This document shows positions 10,632 to 21,600 of a stretch of 64,000 nucleotides of DNA, one piece after another (position 1 is the first letter of the stretch; every line of letters starts with the position of its first letter). This DNA is from an uncultured Ignavibacteriales bacterium (GTDB lineage: Bacteria > Bacteroidota > Ignavibacteria > T3Sed10-11). Location: assembly GCA_964495085.1 (NCBI GenBank), contig CAZBUK010000003.1:4528-68527 (forward strand), written 5' to 3'. Both the position numbers and the translations under genes were made by a program. Under the pieces are notes generated by a model. The model saw nothing but the letters and a program-made list of their open reading frames with translations, did no database searches and was not told the origin of the DNA.

Positions 10632-12569
10632 ATGAAAAAGAAATCATCGCATCGACCATACACGATTCCGGAAATACACTCCCTCTACGAACAGATTTTC
10701 CGGAATGCCCATGACCCCACGCTTCTCACCGATCCCGCCGGCAGGATCGTCGACGTAAACGATCGTTTGTTGCCTGTATTCGGATACCCCCGAAACGAAT
10801 TGCTCGACCTGAGTATCAGAGATCTGACATCACCGGAAGGTGCGAAAGATCTCTCCGATCATCTCGACAGATCGCTGCAGGCAGACAATGTTATTTCCGA
10901 AGTGGTTTTTAAAAGGCGGGATGGCGGTCATTTCCAGGCGGAGGTGAGTTCCCGGTGGATTACGGTTAAAGCTGTACGTTTTTTCCAGAGCATCATTCGG
11001 GAGTTAACCGGCCGGAGATCGGCAGAACACGCACTGCGGGAATCCGAAGAACGTCTCTCACTCCAGTCCGCCGCTCTCGAAGCCGCCGCAAATACGATCA
11101 TTATTACCGATGCGACCGGTAAGATCGAATGGGTGAACCGCGCATTCACTGGACTTACGGGGTACAGTCCCGATGAGGCCATCGGTAAGAATCCCGGCAT
11201 GCTGAAATCGGGATTGCACGATGAGGGGTTCTATGCCGGTCTCTGGAAAACCATTCTGGACGGGAAGGTCTGGCATGGAGAAATTCATAACAAGCGGAAA
11301 GACGGAAGTATTTATGTCGAGGAAATGACAATTACGCCGGTTACCGACGATCATGGTATCATCAAGAATTTTATTGCGATCAAGCAGGATATCACCGAGC
11401 AGAAGGCTCTTCAGGATCAACTGCTCAAAATACAGAAACTGGAGAGCATCGGGACGCTTGCAAGCGGTATCGCCCACGATTTTAACAATATACTCGGAAT
11501 CATCATCGGGTATTCCTCCATCCTCGAACGGTCAAAAAACGATCCGCAAAGATTCAGTCAGCATCTCGACGCGATCGTGAAAGCGGTTAATCGGGGGGCC
11601 AATCTGGTTCATCAGATATTAACGTTCGCGCGGAAGACCGAGACGCAGACCAAACCGGTGGATGTGAATCTCCTGGTGGCCGAGATGAGCCGTATGATGC
11701 AGGAGACCTTCCCGAAAACCATAGAGCTGCATCTTGATCTCGACCCCTCGCTGCCGATGCTGATGATCGATCAGAATCAGCTCCATCAGGCGCTTCTCAA
11801 CCTCTGCGTCAATTCGCGCGATGCACTCATGGAACAACCGGAAAGACGCGGAACCATCACAATATTGACGGGCGTAATTGGAGGCGCAGAACTCAAACTG
11901 CGGTATCATGAAACCATGGATACGGATTACGCAGTGATCTCCGTGAAGGATAGCGGAACCGGCATCGACGAGTCGATTAAAGAACGGCTCTTCGATCCGT
12001 TCTTCACAACCAAGGAGCCGGGGAAAGGGACGGGCCTCGGACTTGCGGTCGTTTACGGCATCGTTAATACATTTAACGGTATCATAGACGTTGAAAATCC
12101 GCCCGGGGGCGGATCCATCTTCACGCTCTATTTCCCGATATCGGTACAAGTTCAGGAAACCGACACCGATAAACCCGCCCCGGTCGGGCTTATTCCCGGG
12201 GGCGATGAAACGATCCTCATCGTTGAAGACGAACCGCTCATGTCGAATATACTGCAGACGCTGCTTGAGGAGAAAGGTTACGGGACTATTACCGCGGCTG
12301 ACGGCGATGAGGGGCTGAAAATATTTGCGGCGAATCGCGGCCGGATAGATCTCGTCATTACGGATATGGGACTTCCGAAGATGAGCGGATTCGAGATGTA
12401 TAAAAAAATCAGAACCCTCGAACCTTCGGCGAAAGTCATACTTGCAAGCGGTTTTCTCGAGCCCCAAATGTATTCCCTCATGAAAAAGGAGGGGATCATG
12501 CACATTATCGGGAAGCCGTATAATCCCGAGAACATCCTCCGTTTGGTCCACGATGTTCTTCACAGATAA
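10632..12569 (+). CDS. Cytoplasmic hybrid sensor histidine kinase with two PAS domains, HisKA, HATPase_c and a C-terminal receiver domain
   Basis: PAS-like repeats ([24 protein letters not shown]; [20 protein letters not shown]...), an H-box [19 protein letters not shown], an N-box [12 protein letters not shown] and G-boxes VKDSGTGID / [11 protein letters not shown]. The receiver domain is [10 protein letters not shown]...[16 protein letters not shown]...GKPY. There is no transmembrane segment. The track ORF is 10464..12569; I start it at the in-frame ATG at 10632. Confidence 0.88.
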   Translation: MKKKSSHRPYTIPEIHSLYEQIFRNAHDPTLLTDPAGRIVDVNDRLLPVFGYPRNELLDLSIRDLTSPEGAKDLSDHLDRSLQADNVISEVVFKRRDGGHFQAEVSSRWITVKAVRFFQSIIRELTGRRSAEHALRESEERLSLQSAALEAAANTIIITDATGKIEWVNRAFTGLTGYSPDEAIGKNPGMLKSGLHDEGFYAGLWKTILDGKVWHGEIHNKRKDGSIYVEEMTITPVTDDHGIIKNFIAIKQDITEQKALQDQLLKIQKLESIGTLASGIAHDFNNILGIIIGYSSILERSKNDPQRFSQHLDAIVKAVNRGANLVHQILTFARKTETQTKPVDVNLLVAEMSRMMQETFPKTIELHLDLDPSLPMLMIDQNQLHQALLNLCVNSRDALMEQPERRGTITILTGVIGGAELKLRYHETMDTDYAVISVKDSGTGIDESIKERLFDPFFTTKEPGKGTGLGLAVVYGIVNTFNGIIDVENPPGGGSIFTLYFPISVQVQETDTDKPAPVGLIPGGDETILIVEDEPLMSNILQTLLEEKGYGTITAADGDEGLKIFAANRGRIDLVITDMGLPKMSGFEMYKKIRTLEPSAKVILASGFLEPQMYSLMKKEGIMHIIGKPYNPENILRLVHDVLHR

Positions 12570-12740
12570 GCGTGACCTCGATCCGGATCCGATCGATTTC
12601 ACTTGTCGGCGGCGCCGCTTCAACCGACCGTGCTGCCGGCGGTATGCTCGCTCCGGATCGGGTGATGTCGCAGGACCGATCCCATCCGGCACTCACCTGA
12701 AAAAACCGCATTGCACAGAATGGAAAAATCCCGCCTGCCC

Positions 12741-12769
12741 TTGACAAATATTAAAATTGTTTTTATCAT
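12741..12769 (+). promoter_or_regulatory. Sigma70-like promoter TTGACA-17nt-TATCAT upstream of the giant-ORF pair
   Basis: ccTTGACAaatattaaaattgttttTATCATtcc sits in the 690-bp intergenic region between the histidine kinase stop (12569) and the 13256 start. It would give a ~480-nt 5' leader. Confidence 0.45.
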
Positions 12770-13255
12770 TCCCAACGTTCGTAAATGATGGCGTCTCATT
12801 TATCTAATCGTAGAAAATCACGATAACGTATCTTCGAGACCCCATAGATAAACCTTGAATTCCTCCGTATCCGTACAGCATACTCCTATGAAGACTCGAC
12901 GGGCAGGCTACTTCCACTCCCTCAACATGGATGCTTAACCGGTCCGAATTTTACTAAATGTTAATCCCGGAATGCACTAACGAACGATGATTTAGAGAGA
13001 AAGGGAAAATCGGGAAACCGTAGAAACACGTCTTCCCGATATACTCTTCTTTACCTCCGAAGACCTCTCTTCGTCATTCGCATACGACGATAGCGAGTCG
13101 GTGCTCTTAATTCCTCCATACTAAAATATTTTTCGATTAGAAACCGTTTCGATCGGTATCGAAAGATTTCCGGATCGTTCGTCCATGTGTTTCCTTTGAG
13201 CATACTCCCTTCTGAAAAACAGAAGATCGTCACCAACATCTAATGCGGATACCAT

Positions 13256-16200
13256 ATGAAAGCCAATCTGCGGAGCGACCTGCTCCAACGACTTGCGGGA
13301 CATCTCGTCGCCTCGTCTCCCCGTGAAGAGAACGAAATCCGGAACCTGTACCGTTCGTTGACACGGACTGCACTGACCGAAGATCTCGGTGTAACGGAGG
13401 GAAGCCGGTTTGCGATCGAGCACTCCGATCTCTTTGCCGGCGATCTGATTCCGCCGCAGCGACGGAATATGCTGGATTCCATCGCCGGCCGGACTCCCCC
13501 CGGGGGAACCGAACCGGAGCTTCGTTTAAATCTGAGAGAAGTGCCGGTGCGCAGTACGCAACTCCATGCATCGCTCCCGCTTTGGGCCGGCGGCGCCGCG
13601 GTCGATCATACAGTCGGTCCGTTGACGAACAGGGACGGACGGCTCATCTGGTTCGATTTCATAAAGATCGAAAAACTCGTCGCACTCTATATACAGGGTA
13701 ATCCTTTTCCCGCACTGCTGTTTAAAATCAAGACCGGTATACAACAGTACATCGCACCGAATCTTCCGCTCGCCGCGGAAATCCAGCCCGCATACAAACT
13801 CGAGCCCGGAAGTATCTGGATACATTCGAAATTGCTCGCATCGAACGCTCCCAACGGATATTATACAGGTGTCACTATCAGGAGCGGAACCGTCTCACTC
13901 AGTGTACCGCCGCAGGTTGTGGGGGGAAAACTGACAATCAACCCCGGTAACAAGGTAGCGGTGAAGCTGCAGCTTCAGCAGCAGAATGCCCCCGCAGCGG
14001 ATCCGAAAAGTCCCTACGGCAAAGACGCACGCGAAGCACAACTCGCACTCCCTCAAACGCTCGATTTCAACTTTACCGGGAATATATCGTCGACAATTCA
14101 TTCTGGACCGGCACGCTGGAGAGTCTACGGGCACAGGGCGTCCTTTGAGCGGATCGCTCAACAACCTGGAACATACGACGGGTTGCTGCACCGGGTATTG
14201 ATTCCGTACCGTGTATCCACGCAGAATTTCAGCGTTGCGGAGAATCTTTCGCAAAACCATACGCTGGCAGGTGAGACGGCGATCTCAGGAAGCTACTGGG
14301 CCCTCCCGTCCGCTCCGATCGATATAGCGAATCCGTCCCCCGCAGAAGGTATCGGCGGAATGCTCATCATCGGCGGTACGGGACTGACCGTGCGATGGAG
14401 CGGGCTGAATGAAGGCAGTTTAAACCTTACACAACCGTATATACTTGCGGCTCCGGGCCGGCTCGCGGTTTCCGATCTCCAGGCCGGAAACGTTCTCGCT
14501 CACCAGAAATTCGGTATGTGGAAGGATTCACTGAATCCGTTTACCGCCGATGCGAATGTTCATTACCTCAAGTCAGCTCCTTTTTATTATAATTCGCTCG
14601 CCGAAGGCATCGAACTTATTATGACGCATGTGAATGCGGACGTGCGGACGGATCGCCCCGTGACCGTTACGAACGATCCTCCGGAAATTCGCTCCAAAGA
14701 TTCGCTCCTTATCATAGCCGTCACGGATAATTTCCGGCTCCTGTACCTGTTCGACGATAATATACTGCTCGATTCCGCCGGTCCGGCAAACCAGCCGCCG
14801 TCGTTCCCGGAACCGATCTCATTCGCACTCCACAACGCGCTCTTCAAGACGACTCCGGTAAACGCTTGTCTGCTCTTCGGATTTCTTTCGGAAGATTTCT
14901 CGAAAATCGAACGCGGGTCGCTCTATCTGACCTTCGGAGTCTTCGCCTATCTGCCGACACTTCCCGATCCCTACGCCGCGAACGTTAACAATTTAAAGTA
15001 CCAGTTCAGGCAAACGGGGGATTCGCGCACCGGGGGATCGGTATTCGGGACCCATTCAATCTGGATGTGGCTGGTTTGCAGAGTTCAGTGGATTCCCGGA
15101 TCTGAAGAAGAGGATTCGGTTGACGTATCTTTTCATTTCGCGCCGCTTCAGAACCAGCTCCAGATTCTTCCTTCAGAGGACGTGCAACCTGTCGACTTCT
15201 CCTCCCTCATCTCGAGTGTCGACGACGAGCCGCAAGGCTACCTTGAGAAGGAGGGATCCTCACTACCGCCGCCACTTCCCGATTATGAAGGTATCTGGAA
15301 CGAAGTCACCGGAAGGCTGCGGGACGACCATTTCGCTCTGCTCGATGTAAGTACGAACGCCGACCTGCTCGGAATCAGTTTCGGCCTGTTTCATCATACG
15401 CGCATGGCGATGGTAACAACGCATGCCCCCGTCGGTTCAGCGGGGTTCCCGCTTCGCGTAGAGGGTATGGATGTCGTTAGCCGGGGTATGAATGTCAAGG
15501 CGTTTATGGTGCCGCAGATATCCTGGGAGCCGGCCGTGAATCTCACTCCTCCCGACTTGCCGAACAGCGGCGACCCGCCGATAGGTTTCAACTATTATCC
15601 GAACGACGGCGGTCCCGCCCGCATGCTCAACAACAGTCCGGACCAGGTTGCGCTCGCGCCGATTCCGCTTACCGACTTTCTCGTGGAGAAATCCGCGGAT
15701 CAGAATAACTTCGCTGCACTCTCATTATTCACGCTTCCCTTCGGAATGCGCGCTCTGGCCCTTCTCCAGAAGGAATATGTCTATAAAGGTCAATCGAGAC
15801 CGGGAACGAATCTTTCGTTCAACTGGAAAAATTTCCCGTCGAATCTGAAAGGTGCGCGGCAACTGGAGTTGGACGGCGGAGAGGCGCTTCGCGAAGGCGA
15901 GAGCGACATGTTCATGGGAAGCACCGTACAGATCAACAACATTCTCAATACGACGGGCGCCATGACCGGCGCAAGTACACTCGGGGCAAGCGTGACGAAG
16001 ATCTATAATAATGAATGGCTCATGTCTCCGTTCCAGCTCATCCGTCATCGGGGCGTGCCGCTCGAACGCATCGATCTGAGCGGATACGGTGCGAGCACTT
16101 TCAGCAATTGGCTGAATCCGCACGCTGCGATTGCCGAGACGAGCCAGGCAAAGTTCGACGTATTCGTCGGCAGGTGTGCTCATGAAATAATCCAGGTGAA

Positions 16201-18511
16201 GAGCATCATGTATCCGTGGGCGATTAAAGTCGTCAGGACGATCACCCTGTTCCGGGTCGGCAGCGGATACGTGTACCGATACGACAGCGGGTGGCGGGCT
16301 GAGAGTGACGGCAGATACGATTTCACCTATTACGTATATCAGATGGAGAACGGGAAGCTCGTACCCAAACCGCGTGACGCAAAATACGAAATACATCCCG
16401 GCGCCGTGAAGGGATTATTCAATGTAAAGAATATCCGCGAGACGGAGGAAATCGTTCCGTACACCGGAACGATGACGGTACCTCCCGGCGAGACGCTGAT
16501 CAATGAGGTCGGCGAAGAGATCCCCAATCCCGGCGGAGCTTCGCTCGCGTTCGAGCTGCAGCCGGTCTTTTTCGATGCGGATATTGAAATTGAGAACCCC
16601 GTCAGCGGCTTCGAGACGAAGGCAGTCGACGGCCAGCAGAAGAAACTCGTTTCCTCACGGCGGATTCTTGGATTCGTCCAGATCGCACCGCGCGGCCTAC
16701 CTCTGTCCGTAAATACATTCCGCGATATGATCAATCGTCAGGCCGGAGTCATAGGAGGTCCGATCGATTGCGTCGTGGATATCGGCGGTAGCGGCCAGCA
16801 GATGCGCCTGAACAGATTCGACATCAGTAATTCATTCGGTGAAAATGGTACCGATCCGATCTTTGCAGTCGCCGGCCGGGGCAGCGTACTCCTTCCGAAA
16901 GACGGTTCATGGAGCATGGTGCGCCATCAGGTCGGTACGGGCGAGGTGACTCCGGTTCCTCCCGAGCTGAGCCTACCCCTCATCCGTATCGGGAGGCTCA
17001 TCAAAGATTCGAACGGGAATCTTGTTCCCCATGTGAGTCCGGCCAACGCCTTGCTTCGCATCGCAAATCCCGCCGAGCTGCTTCGCTCGTCCATCGGCGA
17101 TACGGTCAACTTCGGATTCCTCCAGACGACGGATACTCAGAAAGCTCTGTTTCTCACGCCGGCGTTCAGGCAGGGGCTCGACAAGCTGCTCAGTAAAACG
17201 CCGCCGCTCTTTGTAGACGCGTTCCGTATCGTAAGCTCGAAAGCAATCTTTCCAAATATCGGCGACGCTGCGGGAAATTTCGGCGATGCGATCTCCCTAA
17301 TGAAAAACGGAAATGAGTTCGTGAAGAATGCCGTCACCGACGGAGGCACGCAGGTACTCGAGGTGATGAAGATAAACGACGTCGTGAATGCAGCAAAACA
17401 GGAAGGGTTCAAACTCCTGAAGCAAATCGAGACGTTCGATCTCCCGAACACGGAATGGGTGCTCATCGAACTCGGGGGCGCGTTTAAAATTTACCTCGAA
17501 TATAAAGCAGACAATATAAAAACCCAGGGGGGCGGCTCGAAAAACGCACCGGGCTCGCTCAACTTCGACGTGGATTCCTTCGCGACGAATCTGACCGATC
17601 AATGGAAAAGTAAAATGAGCAATGTCGCGGTGGTGATCGATCTCGGTCCCATCAAGCGGCTGATGACAATCAAGGGAAACTGGGATGCAGGAAAGGGAGC
17701 CGAGGCGCAGTACGGCGGCAACGCGGCCGATCCGGATTTCCCCTCGCCCCAGCTCGAATTTGCCCCCGAGCTTGAGCCCATTATAGAGATTCTGCAGATA
17801 CTTCAGGATCTGCAGGGAGAGAACTATAAGGATGCGTTCGCACGAGGTCTCAAGCTCGCGATGAGCAACAAAGCGGGGAGTTGGGAATATAAACTCGAAG
17901 CATCGAAGGAAATTCCCGTCGTGCGTTTCCCGATGCCGGCGGCGATCTACAACGACCCCAACACTCCGCTCAAGCTGGAAGCGGGTTTGAAGATCGGAGC
18001 GTACTTCAATGCCGCGCTCAAGGTCACGACGGATCCGAACCAGCTGCTGCCGACGGCGGGTGCGTTCGTCGGTTTCTACGGCAGATTATCGGTGATGTGC
18101 GTTTCCCTCTCAGCCGCAACGATATATGCGGTCGGCCAGGTCAATCTCGATATCGCCGCGGATACGAAGGTCGGACCTTCTCTGAAAATGAAGTTCGGCT
18201 TCGGAGCCCAGATCGTCGTGGGATTGCCGGTCGTCGGAAACGTGAGTGTGCTCTATATGGTCGGTGTCGAGATCTATACCGATTCCACCAAAGTGGTGGT
18301 TTCCGCGTTTCTCCTCTTCAGGGGGCATGCGGAATTACTCGCGGGTCTCGTGTCGGTCACCATAACCATCGAAGCGAAGGGAACGATATCACGAGCGAAC
18401 GATCGGACGGATATGTCGGCGCAGGTGACGTTCGGACTGGACATCAGCATTTTCCTGGTCATCAATATCAGCTTCAGTACCTCCTGGCAGGAAAGCAGGC
18501 AGATCTCATAA
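13256..18511 (+). CDS. Giant hypothetical protein (1751 aa). No recognisable domain, no signal peptide. The C-terminal ~250 aa is Gly/hydrophobic-rich with an alternating polar/apolar pattern.
   Basis: A 5.2-kb open frame without stops in ~58-60% GC DNA cannot be chance. There are no Walker A, DEAD, RHS/YD, Ig or cadherin-like motifs. The C-terminus is ...GAQIVVGLPVVGNVSVLYMVGVEIYTDSTKVVVSAFLLFRGHAELLAGLVSVTITIEAKG...ISIFLVINISFSTSW. There is no SD upstream, unlike its neighbours. Confidence 0.85.
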   Translation: MKANLRSDLLQRLAGHLVASSPREENEIRNLYRSLTRTALTEDLGVTEGSRFAIEHSDLFAGDLIPPQRRNMLDSIAGRTPPGGTEPELRLNLREVPVRSTQLHASLPLWAGGAAVDHTVGPLTNRDGRLIWFDFIKIEKLVALYIQGNPFPALLFKIKTGIQQYIAPNLPLAAEIQPAYKLEPGSIWIHSKLLASNAPNGYYTGVTIRSGTVSLSVPPQVVGGKLTINPGNKVAVKLQLQQQNAPAADPKSPYGKDAREAQLALPQTLDFNFTGNISSTIHSGPARWRVYGHRASFERIAQQPGTYDGLLHRVLIPYRVSTQNFSVAENLSQNHTLAGETAISGSYWALPSAPIDIANPSPAEGIGGMLIIGGTGLTVRWSGLNEGSLNLTQPYILAAPGRLAVSDLQAGNVLAHQKFGMWKDSLNPFTADANVHYLKSAPFYYNSLAEGIELIMTHVNADVRTDRPVTVTNDPPEIRSKDSLLIIAVTDNFRLLYLFDDNILLDSAGPANQPPSFPEPISFALHNALFKTTPVNACLLFGFLSEDFSKIERGSLYLTFGVFAYLPTLPDPYAANVNNLKYQFRQTGDSRTGGSVFGTHSIWMWLVCRVQWIPGSEEEDSVDVSFHFAPLQNQLQILPSEDVQPVDFSSLISSVDDEPQGYLEKEGSSLPPPLPDYEGIWNEVTGRLRDDHFALLDVSTNADLLGISFGLFHHTRMAMVTTHAPVGSAGFPLRVEGMDVVSRGMNVKAFMVPQISWEPAVNLTPPDLPNSGDPPIGFNYYPNDGGPARMLNNSPDQVALAPIPLTDFLVEKSADQNNFAALSLFTLPFGMRALALLQKEYVYKGQSRPGTNLSFNWKNFPSNLKGARQLELDGGEALREGESDMFMGSTVQINNILNTTGAMTGASTLGASVTKIYNNEWLMSPFQLIRHRGVPLERIDLSGYGASTFSNWLNPHAAIAETSQAKFDVFVGRCAHEIIQVKSIMYPWAIKVVRTITLFRVGSGYVYRYDSGWRAESDGRYDFTYYVYQMENGKLVPKPRDAKYEIHPGAVKGLFNVKNIRETEEIVPYTGTMTVPPGETLINEVGEEIPNPGGASLAFELQPVFFDADIEIENPVSGFETKAVDGQQKKLVSSRRILGFVQIAPRGLPLSVNTFRDMINRQAGVIGGPIDCVVDIGGSGQQMRLNRFDISNSFGENGTDPIFAVAGRGSVLLPKDGSWSMVRHQVGTGEVTPVPPELSLPLIRIGRLIKDSNGNLVPHVSPANALLRIANPAELLRSSIGDTVNFGFLQTTDTQKALFLTPAFRQGLDKLLSKTPPLFVDAFRIVSSKAIFPNIGDAAGNFGDAISLMKNGNEFVKNAVTDGGTQVLEVMKINDVVNAAKQEGFKLLKQIETFDLPNTEWVLIELGGAFKIYLEYKADNIKTQGGGSKNAPGSLNFDVDSFATNLTDQWKSKMSNVAVVIDLGPIKRLMTIKGNWDAGKGAEAQYGGNAADPDFPSPQLEFAPELEPIIEILQILQDLQGENYKDAFARGLKLAMSNKAGSWEYKLEASKEIPVVRFPMPAAIYNDPNTPLKLEAGLKIGAYFNAALKVTTDPNQLLPTAGAFVGFYGRLSVMCVSLSAATIYAVGQVNLDIAADTKVGPSLKMKFGFGAQIVVGLPVVGNVSVLYMVGVEIYTDSTKVVVSAFLLFRGHAELLAGLVSVTITIEAKGTISRANDRTDMSAQVTFGLDISIFLVINISFSTSWQESRQIS

Positions 18512-18607
18512 TCTATCCGGCGAATGAACATGCGGCTATGGACGAACCAAGAATTCAGCGATGAACGATAATATATATACCTTATCATGAAGGCGAGCTG
18601 ATCAGTT

Positions 18608-21600
18608 ATGGAACAGAACAGAAGATTCTCGATCCTACCTTTTCCGCAGTTATTCGACGGAACGAGGCTGTCCCTTCATATCGTCGTGTTGCCGCGGAAC
18701 CAAAATCCGCTTCAGCCCGCGATCGAGCAGCATCCGATAATACCCGATGCCCCGGCGTTCGCCGACGCCCGGTTCACATTCAGGGCGAATATTGTCAGCG
18801 GCGTGGCCGGTTTCCCGAACAATCACTCGGCGCAAGCGTCGATTTCTCTGCCGGTAGATCAGCCGGCACAGACGCGGGCGTTGTTTACGGCACTGGCAGA
18901 TCAATTCAGCATTTCCAATCTCAACCAGATTAACGACAATCCGACTGTCAATAACCCGGCTTCTTCCGCGGACAAAGCGGAGGAAGCAAAAATATCCCCT
19001 TATCCGGTGAAGAAGTATTTGCCGCTCACCTACCGGAAAGCGTTCAACTTCACCACACCGCGCACGAAAGCGGCGGTTACCGACGACAGCTATCACTGCG
19101 CGGTTCGTAATGCGGGTAAGGTTCCCGGATTCAAACGCAGTCCCGACGAGATAAGCTGGGGGAAGGTTTTCGCCTATGTGCTTCGACAACCGCTCCTTGC
19201 CCGGTCGTTGAAGATGATTTTCTCTACTTCCCTCACGATCGATGCGTCGCACTTCCCGAACGGCGGCTGGCTGTTCGTCGATCTTGCCGCTGACAGCGAT
19301 TATCTGCAGCAACAGCAGACTGATCATGCATTCATTCGATCATACGCGGCGCGAATTCCGGCACTTACCCTGAACAACCGCCGGACGATGTTTGCGCCGC
19401 TGCTGTTCCCGGTGCTTTTCAAACCGAACGCCGCTGATCCCGATCCGTCGCCCGACGGGAATTTCGACCGGCTCTTGATCGAAGCCTCCGAGTTCAACGA
19501 CGGTTTCGCAAAGATCGTCCATGCCAGACAGCCCGTAAGCCGGCAATTACTCGATGAGCAGAATGAAAACGGCCATCCCGTGAAAGATATCGGTATTCAG
19601 TTCGGATGGGAAGACGAAACGATACTCGAGTGGTATCTGAGACAACTCGCGGCAGATGCTTCGGTTTCCAATCCTGACAAACGACTCGACGTTCCCCTCG
19701 GCGTTTTCGGCTATGCGATCGATGTGCGCGAGACTGCAAATCCCGCTCAACAATGGGAATCACTGAATCAGGTCTCGAGCCGGGCGCCTCTGTCAGTCGC
19801 AATCCCGCCGAACGACACGATCGTACTGGGCGGCTTCACGGGCGAACTCCCGTACCAGGTATATCCGATGCAGCTCGACGGCGAAGCCGGAGGCGACTAC
19901 TGGCTGCCGATGTACTTCGCGAATTGGAACGGGCACAGCATGGTGCTCCCCGATCCGGATGCATCCCGCGTCTACCGGACCGATGCCGCCGACCTGAAGG
20001 CCGATCCGGAAAACGGATCCACCGGAACAGGCGTGACGGGTCCTGCCCAGGACAGACTGAATCAGATTTACGAGGCGGCGCCCGTCAACACGAACCTGCG
20101 TTACGGGAGGCAGTATGACTTCAGAGTTCGCATGCGGGATCTGAGCGGAGGCGGTCCGGCGCCGGATGCGGTACCTGCGATCGAAAGCCCGTCGTCGATC
20201 GCGAGATGCAGGTTTAAAAGATACGTGGCGCCGAACCAGCCGAGGATTCAGAATCTTCCGGTGAATACCGATGCCGCAGCCGATGTCGACTCGCTTACCG
20301 TTCAAAGACCGCTGCTCGGGTATCCCGCAGTCATCTACACGGACAAATATTCCGATCCGGTTACCCGGCTGCGGACGGCGTCGGAGAACATGGAAGGCGT
20401 CGAGGCTTTCGGAATTCCCGACCCTGACGTCGATCGTATCGAGATATCGGTCGAAGTGGAGACGCTGAAGCTCGATAATCTGATGAGCTTATCCGGCAAG
20501 GATAACTACGTACATCTCTACACGACCCGGCGGCCGTTTCCTGCAATCGGTACTGATGACGACTACGATGCCGTGCTGCAGATACCAATCGAATACCGCG
20601 ATGTGAAAGTGCTGCATACGGGACAGGAGCAGAACCTGCAGGCGGATTTCAATCTTGATGACGATATTGATAACCTTGCCGGCATATTCCTGCCGACCGC
20701 AAGAAATGTCCGGGTCACTCTCCGCGCGGTATGCGAGGAAAAGGCGAGCGACGACGAGTACTACGGGTCGCTCGATCCGGCGAATCGCGACCGGGATTCG
20801 CGTTACGGACATACGGTCGAGATACTTCTCTACCGGCCATCTACCGATGAACGGGATCTGTTCGTGGATAGCGCTCCATCGGAGCGGCTCAGAGGTATTT
20901 ATCTGCAGCCCGACGCGCCGGTCGTGTTCGACGGAAAGATAACGACGTTGTTGTTCGGGAAGGAGGTCGTGAAGCCGCCGGATATGATACAACGTCTGGC
21001 TAAAGAATTGAATCTCGAAAACACGGGGCTGACGCTGGTTGCCCCGAAAGGAGAACGCGTTCAATTCGGATGCTCGAGCCGGATCAGGCATACACTTGCT
21101 CCCGATAATTCATCACTTACGTTCTCTTCGAAAGGAGATATCGCACATCACTGGTTGTGCTGTGTGCAGCTAACCATCGACCGGGACTGGACATGGCATG
21201 GTCTCGAGGACCGGGCGTTCGTCATCGTTCGAATTCAGCATTTTACGAACGACGCGGCTTCGGAAACGGAGGAAAAAACGGTAGGAGACATGGAGATTCG
21301 ACGGGCCGCATCGTTCGAGTCGCTGCACAGTCCGAAACGAAATTACACACGCCTCGTATTCATCGATGCAGTGGAGCCCAAGAATGAACGCATGCAGCCA
21401 CCGCCTCATCAGCAGGAGCCGAGATTTCCCGATACGATCGATGTGAGCTATCGGATTACGACCCACTTCAAACAGGATCACGCGGCGCAGCGCGACGGCG
21501 AAACCGCACAGGAGATCCGGTTGCCGATAACCACCACCCCGTCGCAGGTACCCAGAATCGCTTCTGCGGGCATAGCTCTTTCTCCCTATATCCGGAACGA

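Noticed and set aside
11619-12692. 357-aa ORF on the minus strand, an Arg-rich long open frame
   Set aside because: It lies completely antisense to the well-supported histidine kinase / receiver-domain gene. Its Arg/Pro/Gly-rich low-complexity translation is typical of a spurious antisense frame in GC-rich coding DNA.
15725-16396. 223-aa minus-strand ORF, and others at 18650..19327, 20489..21091, 21170..21748 and 21764..22315, inside the giant ORFs
   Set aside because: They overlap the far longer uninterrupted plus-strand frames. High GC content makes long antisense frames expected. I treated them as non-coding.
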